64,000 nucleotides of DNA from Pedosphaera sp. (lineage in GTDB: Bacteria; Verrucomicrobiota; Verrucomicrobiia; Limisphaerales; SIBH01), in the NCBI GenBank assembly GCA_031414955.1, contig JANOQV010000012.1, forward strand, positions 31,100 through 95,099, read 5' to 3'. Below the pieces are notes generated by a model, which had not been told where the DNA came from, did no database searches, and saw nothing but the letters and a program-made list of their open reading frames with translations. This document shows, piece by piece, positions 51,795-60,834 of the stretch. How positions within the stretch are numbered: position 1 is the first letter of the stretch; the number at the start of each line of letters is the position of its first letter. The position numbers and the translations under genes are program-made.

Positions 51795-54700
51795 CTAGGG
51801 CACCATCAATTCGTAGAAGACGGTATTGGTGCCAGCGAGCGAGTTCGTCACGGTGACCGATCCGAAGAAGTTGGTGTAAACATTCGTCCAGAGCGTGCTC
51901 GCGGCCGGGCTTCTCAGGCCGATGCTGCGCCGAAGGATGACGGTGGCATTGCTGCCACAAGTATTTATGACTGGATTGCTCCAGTTCAGCACACCTCGGG
52001 TGGTGCCATTGCTGTAGGTGATGCTAGTCCGCAGACCGTTGGTACCGAGCTTGAAGCCAGTCTGCCAGGCGATGTTCGTGCATATCACTCCTCCATTCGT
52101 CACGGTCAACACCGCCACGCTGCTGGTGGCGCTGCTGAAGGAGTTGTTGGCCCGCATCACATAGTTGGAAATGTTCGCGGTCGTGAGGTTCGGGATGACC
52201 AGCAGGCTGTTGGTCTCGCCGGAAAGAATAGCACCATTCTTGTACCACTGAAGGGTGATAGGCAGCGTGCCGGTGGCAGTAGAGCGGAAGAACGCGGTCG
52301 AAGCCACGCCATTCGTGCGACTGCGCGGATGCTCCACGATCCGCACCGGAATCGGCGTGGGCAACGGCCCGGAAGCAACGGTGGCAGTCATCTCCAGACC
52401 AAAAACCACATCGGAACTGGCGGCACCACTCTGGTGGACTTCCGCAGCAAAGACGTTGGTGCCGGGCAGCAAGGTGACGATCAAATCGACTGGTCCCACA
52501 ATGACGGCATCACCAACGGCTGCAATGCCCTGACTGGCGGCGGTCATCTGGCCGGCCGGCATGTTGAAGCGGTAGATTTCAGCCCCGTTCAGGTAGAGAA
52601 CCAGACCGTCGTCAACGATATGGCGGAGACGCAGCACGGTGTTCGCACCGCCGATCACGGCCGTGTATTTTTGGCGGAAATAGAATGTGTTGTAGCGGTT
52701 GCCAACTCCATCAGCCAAGGCCAGCGGGGTATTCTTGGCCGCTGGCAAAGGCGCGCCTTCCACGTAAAACAAGGCGTTGCTCGGCCCCGACCAGGTCGAG
52801 TCATCGAAAGAAGGAGTGAAGTAGGAGGCGTGGATTTCCTCGTTGGTGTTCACGAGCAGGTACTTCCAAGCGTTGGTGAAGGAGGCCACCTGCAAGACCG
52901 CGCCGACAGTGACTGAACTGTTGGGCGCGATGGGGTTGGCCCGGCTGGAGGCATCGGTCAGGTTGTTCACCACCACCATGTAGGCACCAACCGGGAGCGG
53001 GCTGGCAAAGTTCAGGACGACGTTGGAGCCATTCAGGACGGCGCTGGAGACGGGGAAGGTTCCGCCTACAATGTTGGTGACAAGATAGTTCACAACGAGT
53101 TGCGCCGGGGTCGCGGCCATTCGCTTACTGAAACCAAGCTGAATGGAAGTGCTGGAGACCAGAGAGCCGGACAGAAGAACGGGCGCGTTGGAATCAGTGA
53201 TGACATACAATCGAGCCACGATACTGGTGGCGCTGCCAGAGGCTGGGTTGCTCACGATGGCGCGGAATTGCCAGCCTGCCATGTTGGTCGAGACGTTCGC
53301 GATGGTGTAGTTGGCCGCAGCGGCCCCGGCCACATTCACGTTATTGGTCTGCCATTGATAGGACACTCCCGCGACAGAGAAGACCTGGAAGGTGGCGGAC
53401 TGGCCTTCGACCACGGTTTGATCAAACGGGCCATTCAAGACCTGCACCGGGCCGTTGGTGAAGGACTCCACGAAAGCATCCAGTTGCAGGCCAAATTCCT
53501 TGTCGATGTCGTTGATTTGTGGCTGATGCACCTCAACGGCGATCACGTTGCTGCCAACCTGATAGGAGGGAAGGGCGATGGAAATTGGTCCAATGCGGCT
53601 CGAATCACCCACCACTGCAGACGGCAGAGTCAAATAGTTGATCGCACCCGTGGGCATATTAAAGCGAAGAAATTCGCTCCCGTTCATCCAGAAAACGGCA
53701 CCATCGTCCAAAATGTGAGTGACGGCGAAATTCAGGTTGCCGGGGCTGGCCTGTAGGTTGAATCCACCCCGGAAGTAGGAGGTAATGCTCGGCGCTTCCG
53801 ACAAGGGCGTGCCGCCAGGGCCAGGAAGGTTATCTGCCGGTGAAACGTAAAACACACCGAAGCCAGGACTCATATATTGCTCATCCGGGTAACTGAAATC
53901 CTTCCAAGCGGTCCCCAAATCGGGCCCAATGACATCGAAAGGGGGGAATGGATCCAGGACGTTCCAAGCCGCAAGCGGATTGTTCAAACCACCCAAAGCC
54001 TTGGTCAGCACCTTCATGGTGATGGGCATCATGCTGTTCGGGGCGATGAGATTGGTGGCCGGGGAAGTATCGCGGACGTTGTTCACGATCAGAACGTAGT
54101 TGTTATTGACGAGGCGCGGGGCGGTCGTGGTGAGCAGGACGTTGCTACCATTAACCCGAACCGCACTGGAGACGGTGAGCATTCCGCCGAGAGTGTTGGT
54201 GATTTTGTAATAGGCAGCATTGGTGGCGGTGGAGGCCAGCACTAGTTCAGAGTAACCAACCAGCACCTGGGAGTTGGTGGCGGTACCGTCCGCCATGACC
54301 AGCAGGGGCCGGTTGGTGTCAACGATGACTCCCAAAGTGACCACGCTGCTGGTGACGCTGTTCACGGTATTGCTGGCCACGACGAAGTAACTTCCCACGT
54401 CGTTGGTGGTCGCCGACGCGATGATCAACGGATTTTGGGTGGCGTTGGAGACAGCCACGCCATCCTTGTACCACTGGTAGTAGGCGGGTTGGCCCTGGAG
54501 CCCAAGAGTGAAGTCGGCGATCTTGGTTTCCTCGACCACCAAATTTTGCGGCTGGCTGGTGATGGCGAGGAGACTGGGATTGTAAAAGTTGACGTTCACC
54601 TGCATACCGAAGTCAACGTCACTGCTGGTGTTGTTCACCTGGTGGACTTCCACCGCCAAGGTGTTGGTGCCCTGAATCAGGAGAGATGAAGGGATGTTGG

Positions 54701-56303
54701 ATACGACAAAAACAGCTTCAGTCAAAGTGCCCGGGGCTGTGACAGTGCAAGCCGGATCCCCAGCGGCCATGTTAATGCGAATCGCCTCGACCCCGTTAAC
54801 ATAAAAGATGGCTCCGTCGTCCACGTAGTTGCTGGCCACCAACTGAACTTCGCTGGGATTATTGGTCAGAACAAACTGCGTGCGAAAATAGTAGGTGATG
54901 ACGCGATTACCGCCGCCATCGGTCAGGGACAAAACGGTGTTGGTCAATGGGGTTAGGGCGGCATTGTCTTCGACAGCAAACAGTCCCCGTCCCTGCGGCC
55001 AAGCAGCATCATTAGTGTAATTAGCAGTTCTCCAACTCGCATCAAGACAGACACCCGCCTGGTTGTATTTCCAGAAATGATTGGTCAGTCCGACGATGAC
55101 ATACGGATTGTCCGCAACAGAGACCACGGCGCTGGCGCTGTTCGGCAACACGGCACAGTTGTCCACCGCTAGGGTGTAAAGCCCGGAATCGGAGGACACG
55201 GCGTTCAGTTTGGTGTAAGTGGCGTTGGTTGCGCCGAGGAGGATGGCTCCATTCCGATACCATTGATAGGAGATGGGCGAGGTGCCAGCCACTAGGGCGT
55301 TCACGGTGATGGTCGCTCCCGGAGCGACGGACTGGTCAGCGGGCGGAACAGTGAATGTGGTCGGGGTGGAGCAATTCACCACCACCAAGGCGTTGCTGCT
55401 GGTGACGGAGCCAAAGACATTCGCAACGACCACCGAATACAGACCGCCATCAATCGGCTGCGCATTGACAATGGTGAACGAACTGTTGGTTGCATTGACA
55501 ATCAGGTTGCTCTCCTTGCGCCACTGATAGGAGAGCGGTTGAGCACCGGTGGCGACCACGGTCAGGGTCACGTTTTGTCCGGGGGAGACAGAAGAATCCT
55601 GCGGCTGAGTGGTGATGCCGGGGAAAGGAATCGTGACGGCAAAATTATCGATCTGGTAGGCACCATCGGTATTCGTCACAGAGTTGTCATCCGCGAAAAG
55701 AATATACATCTTGCTGCCACCAACCCAGGGGCTGGCGAGGCTGATGTTGATGTTGGTGTTGCCCGCCGCGTAGAAGTTGCCGAGCGCCACCCAACTGCTG
55801 GCCAGACCGCTCAGGCTGTAATAGACGCGATGCCCGGGGCTTTCCTCCGCCGTCGCCGCCACGGCCACGGCCAGGCTGTAGCTCAGACCGATGTTAGTGA
55901 GACTGCTGCCAGAAGTGTTGGTGAGCGAGGCCATGAGCAAGGTCGCCGCGTTGCCCGTGGGCCGGGTTTGGAGATAAAAGCCCAAACTGCTCCATTGAGC
56001 AGTAGCGGCGGTACCAGGCGGATTAGCAGCATTGTTTCCCACGGCCGCGTTAATCAGAGCGGCGGTGTTGGTCTGCACGGCGGCATCCAGAGTTGCCAGC
56101 GTGGTGGCTGTTTGGAAATCGTTTGCGGTGCCTGGGATGGAACGTGTGGACCAACTAGTGGCCGGCGGAAGCGTGCCAAAAATATTCACCGCGCTGCCGG
56201 CCGGCCCGACGGAGATTTGGGCCGCAGCTTTGGATGGTCCGCTGAACAGAGCCAGAGCGATAGAGCCGGCCGTCAATAGGGTTCTCAGAGTTTGGGTTCG
56301 CAT
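51795..56303 (-). CDS. Giant secreted Ig-like-repeat protein with three 'FDDSxW' jelly-roll modules
   Basis: Signal peptide from the Met at 56303 (MRTQTLRTLLTAGSIALALFSGPSKAAAQ). At least five I-set-like modules ('YQW..NG..I.GATN..Y.I.N......G.Y..V..N..GS.TS'). Two SbsA-type Ig-like linkers. Three modules of the form 'W.Y......W....F.DS.W...........YFR......DDG...Y.NG.E..R.NMP...AVE.HQ'. A short C-terminal tail. Confidence 0.8.
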   Translation of the reverse strand: MRTQTLRTLLTAGSIALALFSGPSKAAAQISVGPAGSAVNIFGTLPPATSWSTRSIPGTANDFQTATTLATLDAAVQTNTAALINAAVGNNAANPPGTAATAQWSSLGFYLQTRPTGNAATLLMASLTNTSGSSLTNIGLSYSLAVAVAATAEESPGHRVYYSLSGLASSWVALGNFYAAGNTNINISLASPWVGGSKMYILFADDNSVTNTDGAYQIDNFAVTIPFPGITTQPQDSSVSPGQNVTLTVVATGAQPLSYQWRKESNLIVNATNSSFTIVNAQPIDGGLYSVVVANVFGSVTSSNALVVVNCSTPTTFTVPPADQSVAPGATITVNALVAGTSPISYQWYRNGAILLGATNATYTKLNAVSSDSGLYTLAVDNCAVLPNSASAVVSVADNPYVIVGLTNHFWKYNQAGVCLDASWRTANYTNDAAWPQGRGLFAVEDNAALTPLTNTVLSLTDGGGNRVITYYFRTQFVLTNNPSEVQLVASNYVDDGAIFYVNGVEAIRINMAAGDPACTVTAPGTLTEAVFVVSNIPSSLLIQGTNTLAVEVHQVNNTSSDVDFGMQVNVNFYNPSLLAITSQPQNLVVEETKIADFTLGLQGQPAYYQWYKDGVAVSNATQNPLIIASATTNDVGSYFVVASNTVNSVTSSVVTLGVIVDTNRPLLVMADGTATNSQVLVGYSELVLASTATNAAYYKITNTLGGMLTVSSAVRVNGSNVLLTTTAPRLVNNNYVLIVNNVRDTSPATNLIAPNSMMPITMKVLTKALGGLNNPLAAWNVLDPFPPFDVIGPDLGTAWKDFSYPDEQYMSPGFGVFYVSPADNLPGPGGTPLSEAPSITSYFRGGFNLQASPGNLNFAVTHILDDGAVFWMNGSEFLRFNMPTGAINYLTLPSAVVGDSSRIGPISIALPSYQVGSNVIAVEVHQPQINDIDKEFGLQLDAFVESFTNGPVQVLNGPFDQTVVEGQSATFQVFSVAGVSYQWQTNNVNVAGAAAANYTIANVSTNMAGWQFRAIVSNPASGSATSIVARLYVITDSNAPVLLSGSLVSSTSIQLGFSKRMAATPAQLVVNYLVTNIVGGTFPVSSAVLNGSNVVLNFASPLPVGAYMVVVNNLTDASSRANPIAPNSSVTVGAVLQVASFTNAWKYLLVNTNEEIHASYFTPSFDDSTWSGPSNALFYVEGAPLPAAKNTPLALADGVGNRYNTFYFRQKYTAVIGGANTVLRLRHIVDDGLVLYLNGAEIYRFNMPAGQMTAASQGIAAVGDAVIVGPVDLIVTLLPGTNVFAAEVHQSGAASSDVVFGLEMTATVASGPLPTPIPVRIVEHPRSRTNGVASTAFFRSTATGTLPITLQWYKNGAILSGETNSLLVIPNLTTANISNYVMRANNSFSSATSSVAVLTVTNGGVICTNIAWQTGFKLGTNGLRTSITYSNGTTRGVLNWSNPVINTCGSNATVILRRSIGLRSPAASTLWTNVYTNFFGSVTVTNSLAGTNTVFYELMVP

Positions 56304-56554
56304 AAAGGTGTAGGGTTTTTGATTCACGAGACACGCCGTTGTCGCATCGAAATTGAGTTTGCACTTCATGGGTTGTTTCAGAAGTGCAACAAGGAATCAC
56401 GGTTGGCCCTCTTTGGCAACAGTGAAAACAGGCGGCGCGATTATTTTTTGAGGTATTTTTCCTGCCTCGCCTTGGGAGGCGGCCTCGCGCCAGTTGCGGC
56501 CCGGCGGCTGGTTCCGCCGGTAATAATTTGTCGCCGGTATCAGGGACATAAAAA

Positions 56555-56582
56555 TTGACAATGATGGCTCGATTTGTAGAGT
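56555..56582 (+). promoter_or_regulatory. Putative sigma-70-type promoter of the FecR / CHASE2-cyclase operon
   Basis: TTGACA (56555-56560), 16-nt spacer, TAGAGT (56577-56582). About 40 nt upstream of the ATG at 56624. Confidence 0.35.
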
Positions 56583-56623
56583 GCCCTCCGAACAACTTGA
56601 AACTGGCCAAGCCAGAAAATGAT

Positions 56624-57370
56624 ATGAATTCAAACCCGCTGTTCTCTTGGAAGGCCGCTGTCGCCGTGGCAGCCGCCTTGTTACTGATCCCAGTTGCCCA
56701 GGCCCAAAATGCCGCGCAGCGCAAAGTGCTGGTCAAGGCCATCGCCGGCGAAGCTCGTTATTCAAGCGGTGGAGGCGAGTTTAAGATCTTGTCCCCCCAG
56801 ACTCAGGTGGGCAAAGGCGACGTCATCAAGACCTCCGTCAATTCCCACGTCGATCTCGACATGGGCAGCAATGTTGGCGTGCTCCAGATTCCAGAGAGCA
56901 CCACCCTGACCATAGACGAGGCCACCATCACTCAAACGCAGGTGGAAGAGCTGACTGACACTCAGATTTCGATCAGCGAAGGCGGAGTCTATGCCAAAGT
57001 CAATAAGCTGGCCAAAGGCTCGCGCTACGAAATTGCCACTCCCAAGGGCATTGCCGGCATTCGTGGCACTTCGATCTACTTGACCGCAGCGGGACAATTG
57101 ACGGTGGAAAAAGGCTTGGCGGGCATCGCCTACGGTCCCGGCGATGTGGTTTTGTGTCGCGAAGGTGAAACCGTCGGTCCCAGCGATCGTCCGCCGCACG
57201 AGGCTTCTTTGCTCGTCCTCCGCGAGATTGTCGAAGCCCTTCGCGATTGCTCCTTCCACGGAGTCTGGTACGGGCATCTGCCGTTTTTCCCGGGGTTCGA
57301 GCCATTTTGCTCTCCGGCCCTTCCGAATGGTAAGCCTTTCCCCGGTCGCGGTCGTCCGTTCGGCGGCTAG
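56624..57370 (+). CDS. Periplasmic FecR-domain protein
   Basis: Signal peptide 'AAVAVAAALLLIPVAQAQ'. 'AIAGEARYSSGGGEFKILSPQTQVGKGDVIKTSVNSHVDLDMGSNVGVLQIPESTTLTIDE' and 'YEIATPKGIAGIRGTS' fit the FecR sensor-domain pattern. Confidence 0.65.
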   Translation: MNSNPLFSWKAAVAVAAALLLIPVAQAQNAAQRKVLVKAIAGEARYSSGGGEFKILSPQTQVGKGDVIKTSVNSHVDLDMGSNVGVLQIPESTTLTIDEATITQTQVEELTDTQISISEGGVYAKVNKLAKGSRYEIATPKGIAGIRGTSIYLTAAGQLTVEKGLAGIAYGPGDVVLCREGETVGPSDRPPHEASLLVLREIVEALRDCSFHGVWYGHLPFFPGFEPFCSPALPNGKPFPGRGRPFGG

Positions 57371-57416
57371 AAATTTTGGCCAGACGTAGTCTTTTCAATC
57401 CCAGAGCGACCTTGAG

Positions 57417-59792
57417 TTGCTCTGGGGTTTTTGTTTCTGTCCTGCTGTGAAGTGGAAGGCGTCGCCACTTGTTCTCATCCTGATATGCGCTGGCGTGATC
57501 GCCGGTTTGAGTTTGCTTGAATGGTTAGGTGAGACTCAGCAGCGCCTCACTTTTTTCAAGCGGCTTGAATGGATCACCTATGATTGGCGGGTCCGTGAAG
57601 CGGCCCGGCACGCCTCGCCCGTCGCCACCAATCTTGGTTTTGTAACTTTGGATGAGGGCAGCATTGACGCTGTCTTGAACGGCTCGTTGCCTTATCGATT
57701 TGGGTTGCTCTGGCCCCGGCAGGTTTACGGTCGGCTTGTGAGTGAACTTTCCGCCCAAGGCGCGAATGTCGTGGGCCTGGATGCGTTGTTTTCCGAATTG
57801 CGACCGGATCACCAGGCGGTGTCCACCGATGGCGGCTCGATTTCTTCCGACGCCTTCTTCGCCCATGCCATGCGCCGCAGTGGACGGGTGTTACTTGCGA
57901 CGGAGGATGGTCTTTTCCCACCGGAATTGTTTGCGACCAATGCGCTGGGCGTGACGCATCTCGCCGCGCAACCGGAATCGGATGGCATTCTCCGGCGTGC
58001 TCAGGCTTTCATCGAGGTGCGCGAATGGCACCCCGCCATCAAGCAGGCAGCGCGGGAATTCGGCTGGGACTTGAATCGGTTCACCTCGAATTCGCGCCAA
58101 CTTATTTTTCCCCGGCAGGATGGCGGGGGCACAAACATTCTGGCCCTCGACGCCGCAGGCCGGTTCAACGTCGGCCTGCTGGAGCGCGCGCTATCCAGCG
58201 ACAAGATGAGCCCGCTCGTCTGGCGTTTTGCCGTGCCGTTCAAGGATCACCGTTTGTGGCACCTCGGCCTCGAAATAGCGGCGCGGGAATTGAAATTCGA
58301 CCTGAAGAATGCACTCATCGATTTGGAGCGGGGGCAAATCATTCTCTCGAATACCCAAGGTGTGCGGCGTGTGCTGCCCGTGGATCGCGCGGGCCGGTTT
58401 TACATCCACTGGAGCGTCGGGATGGCGGACCCACGGTTGACGACCAGGCCCATCGAGCACCTGCTTCACCAATACGAAGCTCGGCGGGCCGGGCGCATGG
58501 ACGAAGTGACCAACGAGTGGGCTGGTAAACTGGTGGTGGTTGGCTCCACGGCCTCCGGGAACAACCTGAGTGATCGGGGCGCGACGCCCTTGGAGCAGCA
58601 AACTTATCTCGTGAGCGGATATTGGAACGTCGCTAATTCGTTGCTCGTAAACCGGTTCGTGCATCCCCTGGGCCTGCCCGCCCGCCTGCTCATCATCGTA
58701 TTCTTCGCCGTGCTCTCCGCTTTCCTTACTTTGAATGCGCGCCTGCTGGTCGCGATCGCTTCCATTGTGGCGTTGGCCCTGGCTTACGCCGGCTTCGCCT
58801 ATGTTTTGTTTATCAAGACAGGCCACTGGCTTCCGATGGTGATGCCGGTGGCTGGTTCGTTGCTGGTGACCCATGTAAGCCTCATCACCTATCTGGTGCG
58901 CGTCGAACGGCGGCTGCGCAGGCACACCAAGGAGATCTTCAGCCGGGTGGTTTCCCCAGATATTGTGCATGAACTGCTGGATCGGGAAAAACTGCAACTG
59001 GGCGGCGCACGGCGGCGCATCACGATATTTTTCGCCGACATTCGAGGCTTCACCGCCGTGACCGAGCGCAGCCAGCAGCGAGCGGAAGAACTGGTGGCCC
59101 GGAGGTGCCTTTCAGGAGCCGAAGCGGAACGGCAATTCGATATCGAGGCCGAGACGGTGCTAAACACGGTCAACCCCTACTTGAGTGCCGTGGGTGATGT
59201 GATTTTGAAGCACGGCGGCTCGCTCGACAAATACATCGGCGATTGTGTGATGGCCTTTTGGGGCGCGCCGGCGGCAAATCCGCGCCATGCCGGTGCCTGC
59301 GTCCGCGCGGCGGTCGAGGTGCAGCGCGTCGTGCTGGAATTGAACGAGCAACGCCAGGCTGAGAATGTTCGCCGGACGGCGGAGCACCTCCATCGCGCGA
59401 CCCCCGGCCAGGATGCCTTGCCGATGCTCGAAATCCTGACGCTGGGCTCCGGCGTCAACACCGGCGTGGTGACCGTTGGCATGGTCGGTTCCGAGGCCCA
59501 TTTGATGAACTACACCGTGTTCGGCCGCGAGGTAAACCTGGCCAGCCGGCTCGAAGGTGCTTCGGGCCACGCCCGCATTTTGATCAGCGCAGAAACACAT
59601 GGTGATCTCCTGCGCGATGATCCGGAACTGGCCGCGCTTTGCCGGGAGCATCCGCCGCTCACGCTCAAAGGTTTCCGCGACCCGGTGAAAGCTTATGAGG
59701 TGATGTGGCGTCCGGCGGATGTCTCCGGGGACGAAGCCGGCCAAACCATGACCACCATCCGCTCCAAGACCCAGCGCGAGACCCCCAACTGA
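57417..59792 (+). CDS. CHASE2 sensor-domain adenylate/guanylate cyclase
   Basis: TTG start (a GTG at 57447 is an alternative). TM segment, then CHASE2 region ('GFVTLDE', 'VGLDALF', 'KLVVVGSTASG') and TM helices. The class III cyclase core has 'ITIFFADIRGFTAVTE', 'GGSLDKYIGDCVMAFWGAP' and 'YTVFGREVNLASRLE'. Confidence 0.85.
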   Translation: MLWGFCFCPAVKWKASPLVLILICAGVIAGLSLLEWLGETQQRLTFFKRLEWITYDWRVREAARHASPVATNLGFVTLDEGSIDAVLNGSLPYRFGLLWPRQVYGRLVSELSAQGANVVGLDALFSELRPDHQAVSTDGGSISSDAFFAHAMRRSGRVLLATEDGLFPPELFATNALGVTHLAAQPESDGILRRAQAFIEVREWHPAIKQAAREFGWDLNRFTSNSRQLIFPRQDGGGTNILALDAAGRFNVGLLERALSSDKMSPLVWRFAVPFKDHRLWHLGLEIAARELKFDLKNALIDLERGQIILSNTQGVRRVLPVDRAGRFYIHWSVGMADPRLTTRPIEHLLHQYEARRAGRMDEVTNEWAGKLVVVGSTASGNNLSDRGATPLEQQTYLVSGYWNVANSLLVNRFVHPLGLPARLLIIVFFAVLSAFLTLNARLLVAIASIVALALAYAGFAYVLFIKTGHWLPMVMPVAGSLLVTHVSLITYLVRVERRLRRHTKEIFSRVVSPDIVHELLDREKLQLGGARRRITIFFADIRGFTAVTERSQQRAEELVARRCLSGAEAERQFDIEAETVLNTVNPYLSAVGDVILKHGGSLDKYIGDCVMAFWGAPAANPRHAGACVRAAVEVQRVVLELNEQRQAENVRRTAEHLHRATPGQDALPMLEILTLGSGVNTGVVTVGMVGSEAHLMNYTVFGREVNLASRLEGASGHARILISAETHGDLLRDDPELAALCREHPPLTLKGFRDPVKAYEVMWRPADVSGDEAGQTMTTIRSKTQRETPN

Positions 59793-59843
59793 TCGAAGGG
59801 CGTGCGACTTGACCCTGTTCTTGGTACCGCCCAACCGGTGCAT

Positions 59844-59945
59844 GGTAGGGCGGCGCTGTCCCCAGCGCGCCGGGGTGAGGCGTGGAAAGTGCGGGAGTTC
59901 TCCTCCATTCGTGGCCCGGCGCGCTGGGGACAGGCGCGCCCTACC
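59844..59945. repeat. ~102-nt inverted-repeat element (family 'GGTAGGGCG.CGCTGTCCCCAGCGCGCC')
   Basis: GGTAGGGCGGCGCTGTCCCCAGCGCGCC (59844-59871) and GGCGCGCTGGGGACAGGCGCGCCCTACC (59918-59945) are inverted with 2 mismatches. It sits in the convergent intergenic region, ending 4 nt before the tail-collar-like gene stop. Confidence 0.85.
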
Positions 59946-59948
59946 CCC

Positions 59949-60410
59949 TCACTTCACCCGCAGCACCCACACCACTTCGTAATAAGTGGGCAGGCTCGAC
60001 GCGGGATCGCTGGTGTAATTGCCCGGCGGGAAGACGGTGACGTCCGCGCCCGCCACCACCGTGCCGCCGTTGATGTTCAAGGGCAGTCCATGCGAATGAA
60101 TCTCGTTGCCACCCGTGCCGCCGCTGGCATTCGCCCCGCGCAGGAAGACCGGCACCCCGCCTTGCGCTCCGTTCAGGTCCGGTGCGTTCAATCCGTTCAG
60201 CGGCGAGTCGGGATCACTGATGGCCTGCCCATTGCACTCGACCCAGGTGCCGGGCAGCGCGGGCACATTGGGCAGGCTTTTCAAATAACCGCTCACGCCC
60301 CCGACCGGATACACCGCGTCGATGAGCGCCTTGAGCGCGTTGAGTTGCGCGCGCATCTCGGCCGAGGCGAGCGGCGATTGGTTGGAAGGTTTGTTCGGAT
60401 CAAAGGGCAT
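59949..60410 (-). CDS. Phage tail-collar-like / tail-fibre-like small protein
   Basis: 153 aa. 'PGTWVECNGQAISDPDSPLNGLNAPDLNG......FLRG...SGGTGG...H.H' loosely resembles the tail-collar (MdpB-type) pattern W..CdGq....L.G...PDLrg. The N-terminal 'LASAEMRAQLNALKALIDAV' is like tail-fibre N-termini. Motif-level call only. Confidence 0.45.
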   Translation of the reverse strand: MPFDPNKPSNQSPLASAEMRAQLNALKALIDAVYPVGGVSGYLKSLPNVPALPGTWVECNGQAISDPDSPLNGLNAPDLNGAQGGVPVFLRGANASGGTGGNEIHSHGLPLNINGGTVVAGADVTVFPPGNYTSDPASSLPTYYEVVWVLRVK

Positions 60411-60418
60411 GGGCGAAG

Positions 60419-60449
<31 letters not shown>

Positions 60450-60616
60450 CGGGGAAAGCGGCGGTGAGGACCCTGTTCGTTGCCACGGCTCGGCGTTCCG
60501 TGGCGGGTGGCGGGAGCGGGCTTCTCACCCCGCTCTGAAACCAAGGAAACACCGGGCCAAAAACCCAAGTGAACCGGCTGGAAACCGCGCCGAAGTGCTC
60601 AAGAAGCCGACCTCGT

Positions 60617-60805
60617 TGCTCGGATATCCGACCTCCGGGCCTGGAATTCGAACCGGATCGGCCTCGGATTCCGACCTCAAAGCTCGGATTTCGGTGCTTC
60701 TGGGCGCGGTTTTCGACCGAAGAGGTCGGGTTTTTTACCTCGGAGTCCGGGTTTTTGACCGATTTGGCCGAGTTTTCAGGCACTGGGGCCGGGTTCTTTA
60801 CTGAT
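60617..60805. repeat. Degenerate ~21-bp periodic repeat array (about 9 units; core C(G/C)GG(A/G)TTTT(T)(C/G)(G)ACC)
   Basis: Cores start at about 60621, 60641, 60665, 60685, 60707, 60727, 60748, 60768 and 60790, spaced 20-24 nt with a mean near 21. Examples: GCGCGGTTTTCGACC, GTCGGGTTTTTTACC, TCCGGGTTTTTGACC. Confidence 0.75.
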
Positions 60806-60834
60806 AACGCCTTCATTGACAGCGATTAGCGTGT

